A stretch of 64,000 bases of DNA from Nitrosopumilus sp. (GTDB taxonomy: Archaea > Thermoproteota > Nitrososphaeria > Nitrososphaerales > Nitrosopumilaceae). Under the pieces are notes generated by a model. The model was not told where the DNA came from and did not search any database. It worked only from the letters and a program-made list of their open reading frames with translations. Made by a program: the position numbers and the translations under genes. The stretch lies in the NCBI GenBank assembly GCA_965205215.1, contig OZ242041.1, positions 1,184,001 through 1,248,000 on the forward strand. The letters are read 5' to 3'. This document shows positions 20,319 to 29,611 of this stretch, piece after piece. Position 1 is the first letter of the stretch. The number at the start of each line of letters is the position of its first letter.

Positions 20319-21485
20319 ATGCCCCCGGACAGCAGCGGCAGCATTGACGATGATGATGTCGGCGGCGACGACGACGGCGCGCGGGGCGACCAGAACCAGG
20401 GCGACTACAACGACGCGGGCCGCCGCGCCGATGACGACAGTGGCGCCGCCGCCGGCAGCAGCAGCAGCAGCAGTCCCGCGCCTGCCGCCCTGACGCGGCC
20501 GTCCCTTGCGCGGCAGCTGCTCGGAGTCCCCCACGCTGCCCTCATATCGGTGACGTTCGGGCTGTTTCTAGCGTCCTTCCCGATGGGGGCGTTCGTGGTC
20601 TTTGCAAGCGGAATAGGGGGGGACATCAACTACGACCTGCCGCTGACGCACCTGAGCCTGTTTGAGGGCACGGGGCTGCACCTTGCCCCCGCGCCGGTAT
20701 CAGTCGGCGACGCGTTCGCGATACTGTGGCTTGGGTACCTGGTTGCGTTTGCAACCGCATGCATGGGCCCCGCCCGCGGGTTCATGGGCGCCATATCTGA
20801 CATCATGGCGGGCCGGCGCACGGCGCACCGGTTTGACAACTACATGCTGGGGGTCATAACGTGGTTCTCCATACTGGTGCTTGCGTCAATTGTGATAACG
20901 TCAGCGCAGGACTATGCGGGCATAGAGACCGCCCCGCCCGAGTCTGAGAACGACCTTGTGGAGTTCTTTTACGTGTCGCTTGCGCCCATCGTGGAGGAGA
21001 CCGGCTTTAGGCTCGTGCTTGTCGGGATACCCGTCTTCCTGATGTATTCCGGGCGCTTCTCGCTCCGGTACGTGGCGCGCTGCCTGTGGCGCCCCGACGC
21101 GGTCGGCATCGACGATCACAGGAGGGCGCTTGTGGTGATCGTGGCAGTCGGGCTCCTGTTCGGCTTTGCGCACATAGCGCTGGGCGAGCCGTGGAGCGAG
21201 GGCAAGTTTGCGCAGGCGGCCGCCGGCGGAATCATTTTGGGGTGGGTGTACGTCAGGTACGGGTTTGTCGCGTCGGTCCTAGTCCACTGGGCCACCAACT
21301 ATTTCATATTCTCGCACGCCCACTTCATATCGCAGACGCACCTCGTCCCGCTGGAGGAGGCATTCTCCCACTCCATGATGCTTTCTGTGGAGGTGATACT
21401 GGCCGTGTGCGGGATCCTGTCGATAATCGCGATAGTCATGTCGTCAAGGACGGCCGGCCCCTTGCGCCGAGACCGCCCCGTCTAG
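20319..21485 (+). CDS. CPBP-family (CAAX/Abi) intramembrane metalloprotease
   Basis: APIVEE..FR, FGFAH, HW..N motifs, multiple TM segments. Confidence 0.88.
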   Translation: MPPDSSGSIDDDDVGGDDDGARGDQNQGDYNDAGRRADDDSGAAAGSSSSSSPAPAALTRPSLARQLLGVPHAALISVTFGLFLASFPMGAFVVFASGIGGDINYDLPLTHLSLFEGTGLHLAPAPVSVGDAFAILWLGYLVAFATACMGPARGFMGAISDIMAGRRTAHRFDNYMLGVITWFSILVLASIVITSAQDYAGIETAPPESENDLVEFFYVSLAPIVEETGFRLVLVGIPVFLMYSGRFSLRYVARCLWRPDAVGIDDHRRALVVIVAVGLLFGFAHIALGEPWSEGKFAQAAAGGIILGWVYVRYGFVASVLVHWATNYFIFSHAHFISQTHLVPLEEAFSHSMMLSVEVILAVCGILSIIAIVMSSRTAGPLRRDRPV

Positions 21486-22037
21486 CGCCGTCCTGAGCCA
21501 CTTACACCTGTTGCGGATGGTAACCTCCGTCACGCCGGCGGCCTCGGCCACGTCCCTCCGGGTCTTGTTCTCGCCGCACTCTGTGCACGCCATGTACAGC
21601 GCGGCCGCCGCCAGCCCCATCGGGTCCTTCTCGGCCGATACCTTGTACTGCTCGGCAAGCTTTAGTATCTTTGCGGCGTGGCGCTTTGTGCGCTCGGAGA
21701 GCTCCGCCTTGCTTGCGATCCTTGAGGTGCACTTTATGGGATCGGCTACGGGCATCGTGATGTCAAGCCCCCTGAGGAGCAGCCTGTAGCACCTTGCGAT
21801 GTCCTTGCGCTTTATGTTGCTTGCCTGGCCTATGTCCTTGAGCGTGCGGGGCGTCTCCGTGACGCGGCACGCCGCGTACAGCGCCGCCGCCGCTATCCCC
21901 TTCGGGTCCTTCCCGGCCGGTATCCTGTGCTGCTCGGCGAGCTTTAGTATCTTTGCGGCGTGGAGCTTTGTGCGCTCGGAGATCTCCGCCTCGCTTGCGA
22001 TCCTTGAGATGTACTCTGTGGGATCGACTACGGGCAT
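21444..22037 (-). CDS. N-terminally truncated chimeric TFB core (two cyclin folds, no Zn ribbon); possibly a pseudogene
   Basis: Near-identical to the C-terminal part of the adjacent tfb; open 197-aa frame. Confidence 0.65.
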   Translation of the reverse strand: MPVVDPTEYISRIASEAEISERTKLHAAKILKLAEQHRIPAGKDPKGIAAAALYAACRVTETPRTLKDIGQASNIKRKDIARCYRLLLRGLDITMPVADPIKCTSRIASKAELSERTKRHAAKILKLAEQYKVSAEKDPMGLAAAALYMACTECGENKTRRDVAEAAGVTEVTIRNRCKWLRTALDGAVSAQGAGRP

Positions 22038-22098
22038 CGTAATGTCAAGCTCCCCGAAGGGCAGCAGCCTGCTGCACCTTGAGATGTCCTTGCGCTCC

Positions 22099-23040
22099 TC
22101 ACGCCGAGACCATCCCGTCTAGCGCCGTCTTGAGCCCCTTGTACCTGTTGCGTATTGTAACTTCCGTCACGCCGGCGGCCTCGGCCACGTCCCTCTGGGT
22201 CTTGTTCTCGCCGCACTCGGTGCACGCCACGTACAGCGCGGCCGCCGCCAGCCCCATCGGGTCCTTTCCGGCCGATATCTTGTGCTGCTCGGCAAGCTTT
22301 AGTATCTTCGTCGCGTGGCGCTTTGTGCGCTCGGAGAGCTCCGCCTTGCTTGCGATCCTTGAGATGCACTTTATGGGATCGACTACGGGCATCGTAATGT
22401 CAAGCTCCCTGAGGAGCAGCCTGTAGCACCTTGCGATGTCCTTGCGCTTTATGTTGCTTGCCTGGCCTATGTCCTTGAGCGTGCGGGGAGTCTCCGTGAC
22501 GCGGCACGCCGCGTACAGCGCGGAAGCTATGAGGGCCGATATCGACCTCCCCCTGACGAGCCCCTTCTCGAGGGCCTTTCTGTATATGTGGGCCGCCTTT
22601 TCGATGACGGCCTCCCCGACTCCGAGCTTGTCCTTTAGCCTGTCAAGCTCGCTGAACGCCTGCCTGAAGTTGCGGTCGACCGGCTCGTGCACCTGGCTCC
22701 TGTTGTCCCATGTGCGCAGCCTCTCGATGGTGCTCTTCATGGACGCGGCCAGCGGTTTGCCGGTGGCGTCCCTGTTTTGGGGGTTGATGATGGTTGCAAG
22801 GCCCATGTCGTGCATGGCAAGGGACGTGGGTACGCCGGCCCTGCTCTTGTTCTCCCCCTCGTTTGAGAACGAGCGCCACTCGGGGCCCGACTCCTCTGCC
22901 TTCTCGGACACCACGTAGCCGCAGCTGCCGCAAAAGTTCTCGCCCGTGCTTCCGTCCGTGATCATGGTGCCGCGGGCGCACCTTGGGCACCTCTCCTTTG
23001 CATTGATCGAACCTGCTATCTCCATTACCAACGCCTCCAA
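22099..23040 (-). CDS. tfb: transcription initiation factor IIB
   Basis: CPRC...CGSCG Zn ribbon, PEWRSF B-reader, RGRS, GKDP.G, TEVTIRNRY. Confidence 0.97.
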   Translation of the reverse strand: MEALVMEIAGSINAKERCPRCARGTMITDGSTGENFCGSCGYVVSEKAEESGPEWRSFSNEGENKSRAGVPTSLAMHDMGLATIINPQNRDATGKPLAASMKSTIERLRTWDNRSQVHEPVDRNFRQAFSELDRLKDKLGVGEAVIEKAAHIYRKALEKGLVRGRSISALIASALYAACRVTETPRTLKDIGQASNIKRKDIARCYRLLLRELDITMPVVDPIKCISRIASKAELSERTKRHATKILKLAEQHKISAGKDPMGLAAAALYVACTECGENKTQRDVAEAAGVTEVTIRNRYKGLKTALDGMVSA

Positions 23041-23193
23041 AGCTTTTTATTCTACTCTGTAATGTTAATTTACCAACTATATAAGTATTTTGTAGACTTT
23101 TTAAGTGTGGAGTCATGGGCGAGGCTTGCGCCGCCCCGGCCTAGTCGACGGGCCCCCGCATACCTATAACTGCCGCCCCGCCATGTACGGTGT

Positions 23194-24771
23194 ATGCACC
23201 CGCGCCTCGTCTTTGACCACGGGACGATACGCATCGAGAACGCCCGGATGCTGGAGATCCCGGATGCCAGATATGACGAGCGCAGCGGGACCCTGCGGGC
23301 GTACGGGATGAGCTACTCCGGCGTGCTCAGGTATTTGGAGGAAAGTGAGATTGCGCACGACGACGAGGTGAGGCAGTACGAGGCGATGCCCGCGCTGTAC
23401 GCGGAGATGCAGCTGAGGGACTACCAGCAGGACGCGGTCGACAGCTGGCAGAGGGCGGGGATGAGGGGGTGCGTGGTACTTCCGACGGGCTCGGGCAAGA
23501 CTGCAGTCGGCATGCACGCCATCTGCAGGGCCGCCGTGCCCGCCCTCGTGCTGGTCCCCACAATTGATCTGCTGCACCAGTGGACGGAGTTCCTGCGCGG
23601 CAATCTGCGCGTAATGGGATATGAGCGCGATCGTGAACATGGCGGCGACGGCGACGGCGACGTGGACGGTGACGGCGACGCGAACAATAGTAGCGGCGGC
23701 GGCGGGACGGTTGCAGTCGGGCGGCTCGGCGGCGGGTACGACGACATCCGGGCTGTGACCGTATCCACGTACGACTCCGCGTACGCTAGGGCCGCGGAGC
23801 TTGGGAACAGGTTCGGACTCCTGGTGTTCGATGAGGTACACCACCTGCCGGCCCCGGGCTACAGGCTGGTTGCAGAGCAGTGCATCGCGCCGTTCCGGCT
23901 GGGGCTGACTGCCACGCTTGAGCGCGAGGACGGACTGCATTCCGAGATCCCGAGGCTGGCCGGCGGCGTCGTGTACACGAGGGGCTCGGGGGAGCTTGCC
24001 GCCAAGAGGCACCTTGCCAAGTATGACGTGCAGAGGATACGCGTGCGCCTGACAGACGCCGAGCAGGCCGAGTATTCCAAGTGTAGGTCCAAGTTCCTCG
24101 CGGGACTGCGGGGGCTTGGCATGAGGACCGAGTCCATGTACAACCTAAAGCGGCTCATCCTCATATCAAACCGCAGCAAGGGGGCCCGCAGCGCGTTGCT
24201 TGCAAGAAACAGGGCAAACGAGATTGCATTCAATGCGGCCGAGAAGACGGCCGAGCTTGGGCGGATACTGGCCGAGAACTGCGGGCGCGCCACTGCGCGC
24301 GGCCGGGACGCCCCCGTGGAGGCCCCGGGGGCGAGGAGGAAGACCATAATATTCACGCAGAACAACAAGATGGCGCACTCCATATCCGACAGGTTCCTCA
24401 TACCGATAATAACCCACAAGACCGCAAAGGCCGAGCGCAGGGACATACTTGACGGATTCAGGGACGGAAGGTACGTGGCCGTCGTCACGTCCCGCGTGCT
24501 TGACGAGGGGGTCGACGTGCCCGACGCGGAGCTCGGCGTCATCGTGAGCGGCACGGGGAGCGGCAGGGAGATGGTGCAGAGGCTTGGGAGGCTGCTGCGC
24601 CCAAAGCGGGACGGCGCTAGGGCCAGACTGATCGAGATCGTATCTGAGGAGACTCGGGAGGTGGGCAGCAGCGCAAGGCGCACCGCGGCGCTGCGCCGCA
24701 GCGCGGCGGGGCGCACCGCGGGGCGCCGCGCCCAGGGACAGGGGCAGCGCCGCGGGGGGAGGGGCCGGTGA
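23194..24771 (+). CDS. xpb: XPB/Rad25-like SF2 helicase
   Basis: LRDYQ, PTGSGKT, DEVHH, LTAT..RED, EGVDVP, QRLGRLLR; adjacent to Bax1. Confidence 0.9.
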   Translation: MHPRLVFDHGTIRIENARMLEIPDARYDERSGTLRAYGMSYSGVLRYLEESEIAHDDEVRQYEAMPALYAEMQLRDYQQDAVDSWQRAGMRGCVVLPTGSGKTAVGMHAICRAAVPALVLVPTIDLLHQWTEFLRGNLRVMGYERDREHGGDGDGDVDGDGDANNSSGGGGTVAVGRLGGGYDDIRAVTVSTYDSAYARAAELGNRFGLLVFDEVHHLPAPGYRLVAEQCIAPFRLGLTATLEREDGLHSEIPRLAGGVVYTRGSGELAAKRHLAKYDVQRIRVRLTDAEQAEYSKCRSKFLAGLRGLGMRTESMYNLKRLILISNRSKGARSALLARNRANEIAFNAAEKTAELGRILAENCGRATARGRDAPVEAPGARRKTIIFTQNNKMAHSISDRFLIPIITHKTAKAERRDILDGFRDGRYVAVVTSRVLDEGVDVPDAELGVIVSGTGSGREMVQRLGRLLRPKRDGARARLIEIVSEETREVGSSARRTAALRRSAAGRTAGRRAQGQGQRRGGRGR

Positions 24772-24777
24772 CCGGTA

Positions 24778-26604
24778 ATGCTGCCGTCTGAGCTGCTGCG
24801 CGCCCGCACGAGCCGGGGCAGGATATACCCCATGTTCTGCAGCGTGGGCGGCGCCGATACGGGGGCGGGGGGAGACGACGACGGCGGCCCCAAGGGCGGC
24901 GCGTCTGCTGCTGCTGCCGCTGATACCGAGCGCGAGCTTGCCTCCGCACTCATCTCAAGGTTCGAAGATGCGTCTGCAAGCGGCACGAGCCGGGGCGAAC
25001 TGAACCGTACGATATCGGACATGGAGCCCGACCATGACTACAAGCTCGTCAGGGGCCTCCGCACGCTGCTTGAGCGCAGGTCCTCGTTTGTGACGCAGAG
25101 GCCGGGGTCCTGCCCGCCGGGGCTTGACCCGTACGACGTGAGGCGCGCCCTCTTCACCGAGTCGTCCGCGGCGGGACTTGCCACGTCCTCTGCAAAGAGG
25201 GACGCGATAATAAGAAAGGCGGCCGACGCGTGCGGCATCCAGCCGCCCGACGTCCCGCGCGTCATGTGGGCCGACATGGAGGAGAACCAGACGCTGGAGC
25301 GCTTTGATGCAATCTCCGTCGGGGACCTGCTGCTGTGGTACAACATGTCGCTTGCGCAGACCCTGTTGTTTGGCTGCACCAGGATGGAGTTTTACGTCAG
25401 CGAGGGCCCGTACTGGAAGGATATACTGAGGGCGGTAAAGGCGCGCGGGCTCATGTACGTGCTGGAGCCGGGCGACGGCGCGGGTAAGAGGAAGGGCGGC
25501 GGCAGCGGCAGTAGCAGCAAGGAAGGCAAAGCCCCACTGCGCTGCATACTTGAGGGGCCGCTCAGCGTCTTCAAGATGACCACCAAGTACGGCACCGCCT
25601 TTGCGCGCCTGCTTCCGGTGATAACCCGCACCCCGTCGTGGTGGATTGACGCCACAATCTCAAGAAAGACGCCGGGCGGGGTGAAGCTGTACCGATTCGA
25701 GATGGCAAGCGACTCCGCGCATGCCCACCTGAGGGGCGTCGAGTACGGGCCGCGGCATGGAACCGACGCGGACCCGCAACAGTACGACAGCGCAGTCGAG
25801 CAAAAGTTTGCCGACATCCTGTACACGCATCTGGGGCGCGGCGACCCGCTCGGATGGCGCATGACGCGGGAGCCCGGGCCGCTCATATCCGGAAACAAGG
25901 CCATGCTGCCGGACTTTGTGTTTGAGCGGCTTGGGCGTCGCGTCTACCTTGAGATCGTCGGGTTCTGGACCCCGGACTATATACGCCGAAAGTTCGCAAA
26001 GCTGCGCGACATGCTGCTGGTCGAGCCCGCCGCCGCCGGCAAGGGCGGGCCCGGGGCGGGCCCGGAGGCCGGAGGCGCGGGCGGCATCGATATGCTCGTG
26101 GGAATCGACTCCTCGCTCCTGTGCTCGCAGGCCTCGGAGGTTGCCGGGCTGCCAGGCGTCTTTATGTTCGACAAGGACGTATCGGTAAAGCCCATACTGG
26201 ACCACCTCGGCAAGATTGACGCCGAGCTGGAGCGCGAGGCGGCCTCCGGCGCGCGGCTCTCGCCGAGCGACATCGGCGCCGACGTGATTGCGATACGGGA
26301 CGTTGCAGTCAGGCGTCTGGTGCCGGAGGGCGCCGTGCCCGGCATGTTCGAGGCGTCCGCGCCCGGGAGGTACGTCCGGGCGGGCCCGTGCATGGTGTCG
26401 GCGGCAAAGGTGTCGGAGATGTCCAAGGCGATTGACGGCGGCCCCGAGGGGTTTGTAGACGCGTGCCGCATACTGGCAGACGCAGAAATCCCCGGGGACT
26501 GCCACGCCGAACTCTTGTCCTGTATGGGCTACGACGTTGTCTGGCCCGACCTTGATCCGAGCAACGCCAGAATACAGAAGAGGGCAGCATCCGGAGGGGA
26601 CTAG
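24778..26604 (+). CDS. bax1: DUF790-family endonuclease Bax1
   Basis: MLPSELL start, YN..L.QTLL, GP.S.F....YG, DSAVE..F, PDF, EIVGFWTP.Y. Confidence 0.9.
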   Translation: MLPSELLRARTSRGRIYPMFCSVGGADTGAGGDDDGGPKGGASAAAAADTERELASALISRFEDASASGTSRGELNRTISDMEPDHDYKLVRGLRTLLERRSSFVTQRPGSCPPGLDPYDVRRALFTESSAAGLATSSAKRDAIIRKAADACGIQPPDVPRVMWADMEENQTLERFDAISVGDLLLWYNMSLAQTLLFGCTRMEFYVSEGPYWKDILRAVKARGLMYVLEPGDGAGKRKGGGSGSSSKEGKAPLRCILEGPLSVFKMTTKYGTAFARLLPVITRTPSWWIDATISRKTPGGVKLYRFEMASDSAHAHLRGVEYGPRHGTDADPQQYDSAVEQKFADILYTHLGRGDPLGWRMTREPGPLISGNKAMLPDFVFERLGRRVYLEIVGFWTPDYIRRKFAKLRDMLLVEPAAAGKGGPGAGPEAGGAGGIDMLVGIDSSLLCSQASEVAGLPGVFMFDKDVSVKPILDHLGKIDAELEREAASGARLSPSDIGADVIAIRDVAVRRLVPEGAVPGMFEASAPGRYVRAGPCMVSAAKVSEMSKAIDGGPEGFVDACRILADAEIPGDCHAELLSCMGYDVVWPDLDPSNARIQKRAASGGD

Positions 26605-26842
26605 CGGCCGCTGCAGTTTTGCAGGGCGGCCCAAGGGTAGGCGGCGCCTCTTTCCCGGGCTTGGCGGCGGCGCGTCTAGCGAGTTGTCTGAAACGGAGCG
26701 CGCAAGATGTCTGCTGCGAATTCTGTGTGGAAATCGGCTTCATGCCGCTTGGGGGGGGGGGGGAGACGAACACAACACGGCCGGATGCCGCCACCGCCAC
26801 ATCATTGCATTAAATACGGAGATTCCACGCGCCGTGCGCAGG

Positions 26843-28315
26843 ATGAAGGATGCGCCAGACGCGTCACCCGGTGCGGCGCGCGCCGCGGGACAGGACGATA
26901 TGAAGGGGCGGGGCGCGCGGCAACTGCCGCGGCACGACGCGGACTCGAGCCGCGCCGCGCAGCCCACGGTTCTGGTTACCGGCGCGACTGGATTCATCGG
27001 CTCGAGGCTGATCCCGCGGCTGGCCTCGGACGGGTTTGACGTAGTCGGCATGAGCCGGAGGCGGATGGACGGGCAGGGCGCCGGTTCTGCCAAGGGCGTG
27101 CGATACGTCCAAGCCGACGCGTTTGATCCCGAGGGGCTCGGGAGGGCCATGCGCGGCGTGGATGTCGCGTACTATCTGATACATTCCATGGAGGGCGGAA
27201 GCGGCACGTGGCAGAAGTTTGCAGAACGGGAGATGCTCCAGGCCAAAAACTTTCTTGAGGCCGCAACGCGGGCGGGCGTGAAGAGGATCATCTATCTTGG
27301 CGGGCTGCACGACGCGGGCCGCCACCTCTCGCCCCACATGAGGAGCAGAAAGGAGGTCGGGGAGGTGCTGGCCTCGGGTGGCATCCCGGTGACGGAGCTC
27401 AGGGCCTCCCTGATAATCGGCGCCCGCGGAAGCTCGTACGAGATGCTGCAGTATCTCGTGGAGCGGCTGAGCGTGATGGTGTGCCCCTCGTGGGTAAAGT
27501 CCGCGGCCCAGCCCATTGCAGTGGGCGACGTAATAGAGTATCTGGCAAGGTGCCTGACGGCCGACGCCACTGTCGGAAGGATTCTTGAGATCGGAGGTCC
27601 CGACAGGGTCACCTACGAGGATCTCATGAGGATGTACGCCGGGCGCCTTGGCAGGAGGCTGATCATACTGCAGATACCCTTCCTGACGACGCGGCTCTCG
27701 TCGTACTGGGTGGATTTGGTGACCCCCGTCAGGGCGTCGCTTGCCAGGCCCCTCATAGACAGCCTCGTGCACGACACGGTGGTTACGGACGACTCGATGT
27801 CCGCCATCATCAAGATTCGGCCCAAGCCGGTACGCGAGTCCATCGACATTGCCGTTGAGGAGACCAGAAAGCTTGCCGACGCAGGAAGGCGGCAAAAAAA
27901 GGGGACGTCGGAGGCCGGGGGCAGCGGCGGCGGCCAGGAGGCGGGCCGTGCCGCGGTTCTGGTAATGCTGGTCCTGCTCGGGGCGGTCGGGACGTCCTAC
28001 TACTGGCTGGACGGCAGGGCAGACGCGTACCATCCGTTGTGGCTGTCAGGCTCGGCTCTGTGGCTCGTCGCCGTCGCGGCCTCTATTGCCATGGTCTCCG
28101 CGGGGACGCGTCTGGGATACCTGATTGCCGGCGTGCTGTCCGCGTCGGCCGCCGCGTTCTGGCTTGCTGACAACGCCCACGTCGCGTTTGGCACACCGGT
28201 CATAGCGGCGCTGCCAAGCGAGATGATCGTGGCGCGCAACTTTGCCGGCGCGGCCCTCGCCGCTGCCACCATGGCCGTCTCGCACGTCCTGTTCCACGGG
28301 GAGAGGCGCAGGTAG
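26843..28315 (+). CDS. NAD(P)-binding atypical SDR/epimerase with C-terminal 4-TM region
   Basis: VTGATGFIG, YYLIHSM, YLGGL, QPIA..DV; TATA-like TTAAATA about 26 nt upstream. Confidence 0.85.
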   Translation: MKDAPDASPGAARAAGQDDMKGRGARQLPRHDADSSRAAQPTVLVTGATGFIGSRLIPRLASDGFDVVGMSRRRMDGQGAGSAKGVRYVQADAFDPEGLGRAMRGVDVAYYLIHSMEGGSGTWQKFAEREMLQAKNFLEAATRAGVKRIIYLGGLHDAGRHLSPHMRSRKEVGEVLASGGIPVTELRASLIIGARGSSYEMLQYLVERLSVMVCPSWVKSAAQPIAVGDVIEYLARCLTADATVGRILEIGGPDRVTYEDLMRMYAGRLGRRLIILQIPFLTTRLSSYWVDLVTPVRASLARPLIDSLVHDTVVTDDSMSAIIKIRPKPVRESIDIAVEETRKLADAGRRQKKGTSEAGGSGGGQEAGRAAVLVMLVLLGAVGTSYYWLDGRADAYHPLWLSGSALWLVAVAASIAMVSAGTRLGYLIAGVLSASAAAFWLADNAHVAFGTPVIAALPSEMIVARNFAGAALAAATMAVSHVLFHGERRR

Positions 28316-28488
28316 CAGGCGCCGCCCGTGTCGGTTCGCTACCACCTCTCGTAATGGACTGCCGCGCGCCCGCGCCGGGCTACACGGGGCGGGTTCTGCA
28401 ATGAACAGGGTTTGCACAAGGATCGGCCGGTCCCGAACGGCGCACGTACGTCCCCGTAGATTTTTGTACAAGGCTGCAGGGGCCCGAA

Positions 28489-29169
28489 TCAGTTGCCCAG
28501 GCCGCGCTTTGGAAGAAACGGAATCAGCGCCCTTGCAAACTCCATCACGTTCTTGGTCTGGATGTAGACCGTGCCCGGGCCCGTGATCTCAAGGACGAGG
28601 GCCTCTCCCCCGAACAGCGACGTCTTGAGGCTGCCGTGCTTTGTCACGCGGTATTCGGCCGTGGTGGTCAGCGCCACCAGCTGGTAGTTGTCCAGGACCA
28701 TCCTCTCTCCGTGCTCTAGCTTTTTGGCGATTATCCCACCCCACGCGTTGACGAACATCCTCCCGGTTCCCACCGTTTTAAGCATGAAGAGGTTGCTTCC
28801 AAAGATCCCCTTGCTGAACCCCTGCCACTTTGTATCCAGCGTCAGGTCGGTGGTGGAGCAGACAAACGATCCGGACTGGACGATAAACTCTTGGTTCACG
28901 TCGATCATTGTAATGTCGCCCAGCATGTTGCCTGTCAGGCCCAGCCTGCAGCCGTCCTCCTCCGCGACGAACTCGTTTACAAAGAAGGACTCGCCGCCAA
29001 ACGCGGCCGCCTTTAGCGACTTGAAGAGGCCCCCCTTCCGCATCCTGGTCTCGGTGCGCACAGGCCCCTGGATGAACGCCATCGCGCCCGCCTCCGCGGT
29101 GATGGCCTCCCCGCGGTTCAGCGTAAACTCGATCAGCCCCATCGGATTCTTTGCTATCTCATACTCCAA
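28489..29169 (-). CDS. TIGR00266/AIM24 family protein
   Basis: AEAGAM, GGESFF.N.F, GGE.LV...GPG.V..QT. Confidence 0.9.
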   Translation of the reverse strand: MEYEIAKNPMGLIEFTLNRGEAITAEAGAMAFIQGPVRTETRMRKGGLFKSLKAAAFGGESFFVNEFVAEEDGCRLGLTGNMLGDITMIDVNQEFIVQSGSFVCSTTDLTLDTKWQGFSKGIFGSNLFMLKTVGTGRMFVNAWGGIIAKKLEHGERMVLDNYQLVALTTTAEYRVTKHGSLKTSLFGGEALVLEITGPGTVYIQTKNVMEFARALIPFLPKRGLGN

Positions 29170-29611
29170 TGCGAACGCCCTTTCTCATGTGTATTTAAAC
29201 CATGGAGTTTATGTCGGCTGCTGGCAATCCTGCCTAGGATGCCGCAATCTGCACCTGTGGGCGGCGGCGGCGCGAAGTTTTGCCCCGGCCTCCCCGCGTA
29301 TGCACCCATGCAGCGCCGCGGGAGTGCGCCCAGACGGGTCCGCCCGGTCGACTATGCCGCCTACCGCCTCCCTGGGGATCCTCCCGGGCCTGCCGGTTCG
29401 CAGGCCTGGCCCGTGCTTGAGACGGCTCTTGCGAATTCGGGAGCCGGGCAGTGGCCGATCCTGTGTTAGTGGGAACAACCAGGCACCGGTCATGCCCAGC
29501 TCCAGAATTCTGTAAAGATACACAGTTATTTACTTGCTAATTACGCTATCTTAAAGGGTACGTTATACGCTGCTTTACAATTACAATACTAAATCCGACT
29601 GGCTGGCCCTG

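Noticed and set aside
29511-29579. TGTAAAG/CTTTACA inverted repeat around the first giant gene's promoter as a second switch
   Set aside because: Only 7 bp, no TAA-N6-TTA structure and no similarity to IRL/IRR.
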